Assembly (NCBI GenBank): GCA_963707955.1
Contig: OY970176.1
Location: 2,240,001 to 2,304,000 of the forward strand
Length of the DNA: 64,000 nucleotides
Reading direction: 5' to 3'
Origin: Candidatus Bathyarchaeota archaeon
GTDB lineage: Archaea; Thermoproteota; Bathyarchaeia; Bathyarchaeales; Bathycorpusculaceae
Shown: in pieces, positions 57,564-64,000 of the stretch
Numbering within the stretch: position 1 is the first letter of the stretch
How the letters are laid out: each line of letters begins with the position of its first letter
Notes under the pieces: generated by a model
The model's database searches: none
The model's input: the letters and a program-made list of their open reading frames with translations, nothing else
Told to the model about the DNA's origin: nothing
Made by a program: the position numbers and the translations under genes

Positions 57564-58463
57564 TTGTGTATGCGACCAAGAGCGTCGTTGCCGAACTGGG
57601 AGAGGCGCAAGGGATTGATTAAGCGAGTTAGTATCGTTCTTGCGAATTATTGTCCGCACTGTGTACCGTTTTCTCTGCGTAATGCTAACAAAATGTCCAG
57701 AGACCTTGGGGTTCCGCTTCTTACTCTTGACATAGAGATCCCCGAGCAGCTTGAGGCGGCTGACAGGCTCGTCGAAGAACACGGCGATTGGTCGGAGGAT
57801 TATCTTATCCCTCAAGTCTTTGTTGAACACATGGACGGGAGAGTTAATCACGTATTAACTGGTTTTTCAGAGGCAGTTTCGGTGACAGAACGTTCTTGGA
57901 AAGCGCTGTTTTCGAGTAGTTACTATCAAAGTCTCGTACATGGAGAACCGGCTATCTCGTTGCCTCACTCATCATCCCGTCGTAAGTCGTTGAAGGAGTT
58001 TGTGGAGGCATACCTAACGTTCGATGGACAATGTTACAGGCACTGCGATAGCCCTTCCTCCTTCGTAGATCTGCGATCCGACTCGGATAATGTCATCGGA
58101 GCATACGTCTGCCCCGGCGGATACGTGTCTAGGGTTGTCTACTTCAGTGTTTACCCAGATGTCAAGCAATTAAGAAGCTTCCTTATCTCCCAAGTCGGTA
58201 AGGAAATTGTTAACGATCGCGATATCCGTCCAGCCACTAGGCACGGGTGGGAATTGGGAGGTGATGCTTTGGCTGAGATTGGTGAAGTGAGCCCCACCGG
58301 TGTCATAAAGGAGATCTATTGGACAGTCTATGCCAAAACCGAAGACGAGAGAAGACGTGGAGTTTTTATCTGCTCACATCCTAGGAAAGGAATGGGATGT
58401 AACAGACTATTCGTTCAAGACAAGAAGTCAAGAAACAGATTGTGCCCAAAGTGTAAACAGTGA
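57564..58463 (+). CDS. Thioredoxin-like (CPHC) protein with Cys-rich C-terminal region (start probably ~57615)
   Basis: YCPHCVP, DYLIPQVF; C-terminal C..GC...CPKC. Confidence 0.7.
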   Translation: MCMRPRASLPNWERRKGLIKRVSIVLANYCPHCVPFSLRNANKMSRDLGVPLLTLDIEIPEQLEAADRLVEEHGDWSEDYLIPQVFVEHMDGRVNHVLTGFSEAVSVTERSWKALFSSSYYQSLVHGEPAISLPHSSSRRKSLKEFVEAYLTFDGQCYRHCDSPSSFVDLRSDSDNVIGAYVCPGGYVSRVVYFSVYPDVKQLRSFLISQVGKEIVNDRDIRPATRHGWELGGDALAEIGEVSPTGVIKEIYWTVYAKTEDERRRGVFICSHPRKGMGCNRLFVQDKKSRNRLCPKCKQ

Positions 58464-58640
58464 AGCGCGCGCTAAGGCTTTCTCTAATTTGGTGACTAGA
58501 GATAATGGCTTTTGAAAAAGCCGTTTTCCCTATTCCACACCCAACAGGTTTCTAAGCGAAATCCACACTTTAAGGCTTGCCCAGTAACCGCGAGTTAGAA
58601 GATTCTTCTCAATCACCAGCGCGCGCTCCAAGATGATGAC

Positions 58641-59447
58641 CTACTTGATTTTCTCTGCAACTTTTGACTTGATGTATCTTGAACGATACCAATATAGAGC
58701 CGACACGAATGTTAGTGCTAGGATGCATACTGAAAGAATTTGGTAAACAAGAGGAAAAAGAACGATGGAAGGCAAAAGGGTCAAAAGCAAAATACCAATC
58801 AATGTCGGAATGACTGTCTTAAGTTTGCGATTTGTAAGCAGATAATATCCGACAGTCACTAGAAACAGAATGGGTATGGAAACAAGCAATCCCTTAAAAA
58901 GACCAATAAATAACAACACGAATGGAAAGAGCGTAAAAAACAAGACTACGCCAGTAGCGAAAAGCAAGCTACCAACTATTTTTTGGAGAAGAGATGGTTT
59001 GCCCAAATATTCCTGAGTTGGTTTTGGACGTGAAGCCCGTTGTGGCTCAGTTTTCTCTTGCTTCTGTTCAATGCCTTCAATGCGTGCTGTTTGTTGGGGT
59101 TTATGCTTCTGGTAGTATCTCCTGTAGGAAAGAAGGATAATTGAAACCACCAATGACCAAAGAAGAAACTGCGATTCATCGGGAAGCTGGATGAGGAAGA
59201 TTAGACTCGAAGGAACCACAAGCAAAGAACCGCCCAGTAGTGCTATCACAGAACGTCTAAATCCTAAATCGACCAGAAGAAAGCAAGCCTCTCCAAGAAT
59301 AAGAGCAACCAACCAACCGAACATCAAGGCTCAGAGCAAACCGAATCGAAAGACAAACGGGATGCCTAACAAGAGAAGCAAAAATCCCAAAATTATGAGC
59401 AATAGCCCAGTTGTTCTCTTGAGCATCGGCAAGCGATTTCTCCGCAT
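58641..59447 (-). pseudogene. Multi-pass membrane protein with in-frame TGA at 59331-59333
   Basis: Frame extends upstream through TGA to ATG 59447 with another TM helix; two similar hydrophobic halves. Confidence 0.65.
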
Positions 59448-59522
59448 GCTACGTTCTCCTAACCCACGATTAGTTCTATCCGTTAAGTTGCACTATAACT
59501 TTTCTGCACAATAAGAAATACT

Positions 59523-59662
59523 CCGCGTGTCTGTCTGCCTGTCTATTTGTGTGATGTATGTGTGTGATATCTCTGTGTGAGATATGTAAGTAGCTAAGAG
59601 AAAGAAAGAAGAAGAGAGAGAAGGTGTGTGTGTGTTTGGGGGTAAAGTTTAATCCCACACAC
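59523..59662 (-). repeat. Box + G-poor tract element, copy 9
   Basis: Box GGGTAAAGTTTAATCC 59640-59655 inside a GTGTG../..CACAC hairpin; tract ends at CACGCGG. Confidence 0.82.
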
Positions 59663-59737
59663 ATGAAAAAATACAATATTTTTTATGTATCATCAGAATC
59701 AAAGGTAGAACTAAAGAGGAAAGGATGTAGTGGTATA

Positions 59738-60166
59738 ATGAGAATAATCTATGGATTCGTTTTGTTGGCTATCATCTTCGTAGCTTGTTTCGGCTTTCAA
59801 TCATACCTAATAATGCATCTACAGTCACAGTTAGACAATGTTCAGCATCTGAATGACGAGAGCATTAAACCTAAGGTTGTTGTCTTGTCGTATACATGGG
59901 CACTATCTTCATATGACCCATTAGAGAGCATGGTGAGTGCTAACTGCACGTTGCTAAATCTGAGTCCAACCACAGCGGTGAATGTGGAAATAGACATTAC
60001 TGTTTCAGTACAGAATACGACCATAACTTGGGTACGTACCTTAGCTGATTTTGACCCTTGGCATACGGAAAACGTCTATGATATAGTAGTTATCTATAAC
60101 AGTAGTTTAGGAGTACCATTGAACGTTTGGCTTACACCTAGATGGAACGGTATGTATGGATATTAG
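59738..60166 (+). CDS. Membrane-anchored hypothetical protein (Ig-like extracellular part)
   Basis: N-terminal TM, beta-rich remainder; stop TAG is part of TAGCGCGCGCTA. Confidence 0.7.
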   Translation: MRIIYGFVLLAIIFVACFGFQSYLIMHLQSQLDNVQHLNDESIKPKVVVLSYTWALSSYDPLESMVSANCTLLNLSPTTAVNVEIDITVSVQNTTITWVRTLADFDPWHTENVYDIVVIYNSSLGVPLNVWLTPRWNGMYGY

Positions 60167-60243
60167 CGCGCGCTAAGGCTGAATCACGCGTAAAGATTAT
60201 CTGGCCGATCCTAAAACTTTACGGGAGTAAGTGTTGAAGTCAC

Positions 60244-60603
60244 ATGGATGTTAGCGGCGTTGCCGACGAGAAGTACATCTATTTAACAACTAGAGGTAGG
60301 AAGACTGGAAATCCACACACGGTTGAATTGTGGTTTGCGATAGCTGGAAAGAAAATCTATCTTAGCCATGAAGGAGCGTACACTGACTGGATGAAGAACA
60401 TTCTTGAGGATGGTCGAGTCGAGTTTAAGGTCGGAAAGATCCAGTTTGAGGGCATTGCTCGAATTGCTGAAGGTGGGGAGGTTTTTGAATTGGGAAAACA
60501 TGTTCTCTACCTTAAGTATTATGGCAAGGCAGACGAAGACACGATTAACGATTGGTTCTCAGAGTCAACAATAATCGAGATCTCAATGATCGGTAGAGTA
60601 TAA
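60244..60603 (+). CDS. Deazaflavin (F420)-dependent nitroreductase-family protein
   Basis: LTTRGRKTG.PH.VE.WF, DW.KN. Confidence 0.85.
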   Translation: MDVSGVADEKYIYLTTRGRKTGNPHTVELWFAIAGKKIYLSHEGAYTDWMKNILEDGRVEFKVGKIQFEGIARIAEGGEVFELGKHVLYLKYYGKADEDTINDWFSESTIIEISMIGRV

Positions 60604-61226
60604 AGCGCCTATGGTAAGAGGTTGATGAATTGATGAAATGGAAGTCCGTGAACTAAACCTGACGGCGCGCTGAAGAATGAACTGAACCCATTTAGGTCTA
60701 AGTCCGGGCGAGCGCGCTGGCTTTCTCTCTAGGCGAATTACACAATACGCTAAGGACACGTTGGATTCGACCATTGAAACTAGACTTTTGTTGAGTTATC
60801 TGTGATGCCTAAAACGTGTTTTGGCAAATGGGACTGCAAAGAGTTTGGAGACACACTAGTAAGATTGTTCTACCAAGTAGCTAGTGGTTCTTGACAGCAT
60901 TACTAAGTGGAAAATAGCGCGCGTTAATCCACGAAGGCGCTCTCAGCAACCTCGTCAACCAAGCACTGGGAAACACACAGCGTGATACCTATCCTTCCGT
61001 GATCCATAAGCACTATAAAAACAAGCTTGATCTAGACTAAAAATGATCGCGCGCGCAAGAAAACTGCTCAAATCTGGCGAACCCGGTGCAAGAAAAAAAG
61101 GGAATGAGGTTGGGAATGGTTCTAGCTGTATTGGAGGTTTTGTATGCGGCTCTCGTACGAGGTTGTTCCCCAGTAGAACGTGGATGAGGTTATCTTAAGT
61201 TGGCGGTTGTAGACAGCGCGCGCGCT

Positions 61227-61496
61227 GAAGTAATATTCAGTGATGATCTCGCTAACAACGTCTCTCTTGCCTTCGAATCGAAGAGCCCAGATTCGAAAAT
61301 CCTGTTCTTGGGCGATCTTCCATCCGAAGTGCTTGACGTTGTTCACATAGAACCCGGACGATTTCATTTGGTCAAGGCTGCTCACCATGGGACTGAATTT
61401 GGCAGCAATCTCGAGCCTGTTTCTGCCGATTTCGTTTTCATATCAAGAAATGAAAGAGAGTTTAGAAATCAAGGATATTTGTCCGAATTATCTTGA
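61227..61496 (+). pseudogene. 5'-truncated ComEC/MBL-fold hydrolase fragment
   Basis: NN.SL, ILFLGD, VKAAHHG, V.IS; begins at AGCGCGCGCGCT. Confidence 0.65.
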
Positions 61497-62037
61497 CAAC
61501 TTTGGTGCCCATGTGCTGAGCAGTCAGCTGTTGGGTAGCTGTCATCTGAAGAGGATTCTTCAGTTCAGCAGAAGGCAGGCAGAACCGAGATGCTCCGCAG
61601 GATGCATTGTATTTACGGGGAAAGGGAAAGCAATTCGCTTCCTTATGTTGCGTCGCGAGAAAAGTGCCGTTTGGGACTTCCCGAAAGGCAAGGCCAAAGA
61701 CAAGGACAAATCCTCAAGAGAAACGGCACTGCGGGAGGTCGCAGAAGAAACCGGGCTGACCATAAAAATTCTACAAGGATTCAACTGTGTCTCGCACTAT
61801 TCCGATTTGGACCCAGTCTCTGACTGGATCTATCCTTTCCTATATGACGGTGATGTCCGCTTGTTCATCGCGAAAGCGCTAAACACAGAAGTTCACCTCC
61901 AGATGAGTGCTGAACACGATCTTTACGCATGGCTTCCGTTCCAAGAGGCAATGGAAAGATTGACCCTTCAAGACTCAAGAGACGCATTGGCGGAAGCTCA
62001 TGAATTCTTGAAGCCCATGCCCCCTATATTTTCGTAG
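61387..62037 (+). CDS. NUDIX hydrolase (Ap4A-hydrolase-like); start uncertain, possibly formerly fused to the MBL fragment
   Basis: SAG.IVF, WDFPKG, ETALREVAEETGL, EH..Y.W. Confidence 0.85.
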   Translation: MGLNLAAISSLFLPISFSYQEMKESLEIKDICPNYLDNFGAHVLSSQLLGSCHLKRILQFSRRQAEPRCSAGCIVFTGKGKAIRFLMLRREKSAVWDFPKGKAKDKDKSSRETALREVAEETGLTIKILQGFNCVSHYSDLDPVSDWIYPFLYDGDVRLFIAKALNTEVHLQMSAEHDLYAWLPFQEAMERLTLQDSRDALAEAHEFLKPMPPIFS

Positions 62038-62388
62038 CTCGAAAACGCGCGCACAGTGCCATAACTTAGCCTACCCTTGGTGCCCGCGCATTGCATCAAA
62101 CCAGGACTGTTTGCACACGCTAATCATAAATATCAATAGTGTGACATATGACAAGTGATGTTACAATGCCTCGGAACCTTGCTTTGGCAATCTTCGTGGT
62201 TTTTTGATGTTAGGCATTGTCTTAAGTCTAAACGTTTCAACTGCGAAGGCAACGTGGTGACTAGATCTCTGTTCTGTAAAAAAGGGGAGATGCGAGTGAT
62301 ATCCACTGTGGTGGATTCACGTTCCACTTCCGAGACTTCCAACGTACGTCCCTCTGTCTCTGAAAACAGGCTTTGACTGGTATCTTAG

Positions 62389-62607
62389 TTACGAAGGTTT
62401 GACTATTTCCACGTAGTAGCGCCCATCTTTAGTTCTTTTTATTCCACGAATCTTGGCCAGATCGTGGTTCAGAATCCACTCTTCGAGACCTAACTCTTCA
62501 GGCCTTTTAGCAGTTTCTTCTGACACAGCGCCCAGTTCTTTCATCTTTCTCCTGGCCAAATCTGCGCGGATACCTAATCCAACCAAGAGTCCTGCCATTG
62601 CCAACAC
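62389..62607 (-). CDS. Small membrane-anchored hypothetical protein
   Basis: TM then GAVS.ETAK.PEELGL...T.DGRYY. Confidence 0.6.
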   Translation of the reverse strand: MLAMAGLLVGLGIRADLARRKMKELGAVSEETAKRPEELGLEEWILNHDLAKIRGIKRTKDGRYYVEIVKPS

Positions 62608-62623
62608 CTCAGAGAGAGTTGCT

Positions 62624-62987
62624 TTAAGGCGATATAAACCATGGGATGCAAACGGTTGTCGTTATGTCTCCTATCTCATAAGGGCCATAATATTTGTAGC
62701 ATGTTGCCTCCAAATGACCATCAAAGACAACTTCTGTTAAGCCGCACGTCTTAGCGCCAACGGGATCCGATCCCAGGAAGATTAGATCGCTTGCGCTACC
62801 ACCTGTATTGTTATTTGCAATGTAGAAATTTAACTGGCTCTGATATAGGCCGTACTTTTCGCCATAATAGTCGCCGAGAAGGTTGTTCGACGTAAGCTGC
62901 ACATGATGTGTCTGTGCAATTGTTTCGTTGTACCCTGATACTGGCTGTCCTTGCGTATAATCAAAAGCAGTGGCTACTCCCTTCATT
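62624..62987 (-). pseudogene. Startless fragment of a secreted-type protein
   Basis: Protein-like frame begins at the (GC)5 run at 62988-62997. Confidence 0.45.
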
Positions 62988-63983
62988 CGCGCGCGCGATC
63001 CATAGTGCAGGACCGTTTGCACCGTTGCCCCCATTTAAGAAAGTATCGACGCCTTGTGGGTCGTTTTCGAAGACTTGGCCATTGTCAGCCCATATTCCAA
63101 CGGTGTACCAAGAAACGCTTTCATTGTTGACTTTGTCAAAGGTTATCGCGACACCCCATGCTGGATAAATCGCAAAATCGTCTCCTCTGAACATGTCAAT
63201 GTCCCGGAGCCAAGTGAGTGACGCATTCACAGAGACGACCCGCTGTCCGTGTTGTTGCGCGTAGTTTTGGGCAATGGAATTTGCGATGACCTCTGCTTCT
63301 TCCTCTGAGACAGTAATGTTTGTACTTGCAACGTAATAGAGGTCCATGTTATCGGAGATCGAGGTTACTAGGCCGTTCTTTGACACGCATATTCCCAGAA
63401 ATTCCTCAAAATTCGTGTTGTTTATTCTTTTCGCCCATTGAAGGTCGGTGTATCTCCTGTAGTCTTCGGGCGTTGAGCAGTTTGCAACGCATGACGCATT
63501 CAGTACAGTGTCGCCATTTTCGGCAGAGAATTTAGAATTGTTAAGCGCAGCGGGGATCATTTCGGCGAATGTGTCGCCATAGGTCAAGTTCAGGGTTTCT
63601 CCGTATTGTCTGACAGTTCTGCTTGCCACTGCTAAACAGTTGCTAAAAGTTTCATTTCCAGAGAACTGGGTAGTAGGTGAGGTTAAGTCAAACATGGTGA
63701 GTTTTCCATCCTCGAGGAGCATCGAAGCCACGAACGTGTCGTTGTTGACTGTGACCTCCAATTGCATGGGAGTCTCAACGTGTTCAGAACCAGTCATTGT
63801 GCTACCTGTCGTGGAGTTGAAGGAGACGATTTGGAAATTGCTGAATCCGATGACCTTCGTCAGAAAATTCGTGGCGAACTGCCCTGTAACGTCATACGCG
63901 TGCCCATGCACAATCGTAGTCGGCAGGGTTGCCGAGAATACGAGAAAGATGCCTAAGAAAGCCATGATACACTTCTTGCTCAT
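62961..63983 (-). CDS. Secreted hypothetical protein, probably 3'-truncated
   Basis: Signal peptide; YPAW.V...FD, V.IWAD.GQV (PepSY-like); no C-terminal anchor, ends just past the (GC)5 run. Confidence 0.75.
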   Translation of the reverse strand: MSKKCIMAFLGIFLVFSATLPTTIVHGHAYDVTGQFATNFLTKVIGFSNFQIVSFNSTTGSTMTGSEHVETPMQLEVTVNNDTFVASMLLEDGKLTMFDLTSPTTQFSGNETFSNCLAVASRTVRQYGETLNLTYGDTFAEMIPAALNNSKFSAENGDTVLNASCVANCSTPEDYRRYTDLQWAKRINNTNFEEFLGICVSKNGLVTSISDNMDLYYVASTNITVSEEEAEVIANSIAQNYAQQHGQRVVSVNASLTWLRDIDMFRGDDFAIYPAWGVAITFDKVNNESVSWYTVGIWADNGQVFENDPQGVDTFLNGGNGANGPALWIARANEGSSHCF

Positions 63984-64000
63984 GGTTTTTCCCCAAATTG

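Noticed and set aside
18895-59333. Stop-codon recoding (Sec/Pyl or alternative code) for in-frame stops
   Set aside because: Stops are of mixed type (TAA, TAG, TGA), not at catalytic Cys/Lys positions, accompanied by frameshifts, and TGA/TAG terminate many normal genes here.
18191-59676. Short ORFs over low-complexity tracts (18191, 21814, 31779, 45506, 49063, 59476)
   Set aside because: They are translations of the non-coding box/tract repeats; their mutual similarity reflects the DNA repeat.
380-63956. Numerous antisense or overlapping short ORFs in the track
   Set aside because: They overlap well-supported genes and show no recognisable motifs.
14126-63983. Canonical integron (attC/IntI)
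   Set aside because: No consistent RYYYAAC...GTTRRRY sites, genes lie in both orientations, and no integron integrase was found.

Overview
Archaeal genomic window, most likely Bathyarchaeia. That assignment is an inference from frequent TTG/GTG starts, PEF-CTERM NosD-repeat surface proteins, a solo Cas1 and a characteristic integrase C-terminal motif. The first ~14 kb is mostly housekeeping (MTAP, apt, msrA, parvulin, Lhr helicase, QueG-like Fe-S protein). The QueG-like gene is interrupted by a 1.5-kb transposase-less cassette with perfect 24-bp TIRs and a 9-bp TSD. From ~14.1 kb on, the window is a mosaic of unrelated genes and gene stubs. It includes a defence-like island (nuclease-like genes, a degraded CRISPR-less cas1, a COMMD-like/nitrilase operon, PLD, SIR2, HD, QatC-like QueC, HNH) followed by metabolic and surface-protein genes. 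Three non-coding signals structure the mosaic. (i) A short (GC)n palindrome (consensus TAGCGCGCGCTA) occurs at most gene boundaries and at the breakpoints of several truncated genes. (ii) Nine copies of a GGRTAAA-NN-TTTAYCC box occur, most attached to a ~100-nt strand-biased, G-poor tract that often ends at the GC motif. (iii) The cas1 3' end recurs, and there is an integrase 3' stub. Together these suggest an undescribed gene-cassette capture/shuffling system; this is a hypothesis. No rRNA, tRNA or CRISPR array was seen. All family assignments are by motif recognition only; no searches were run.
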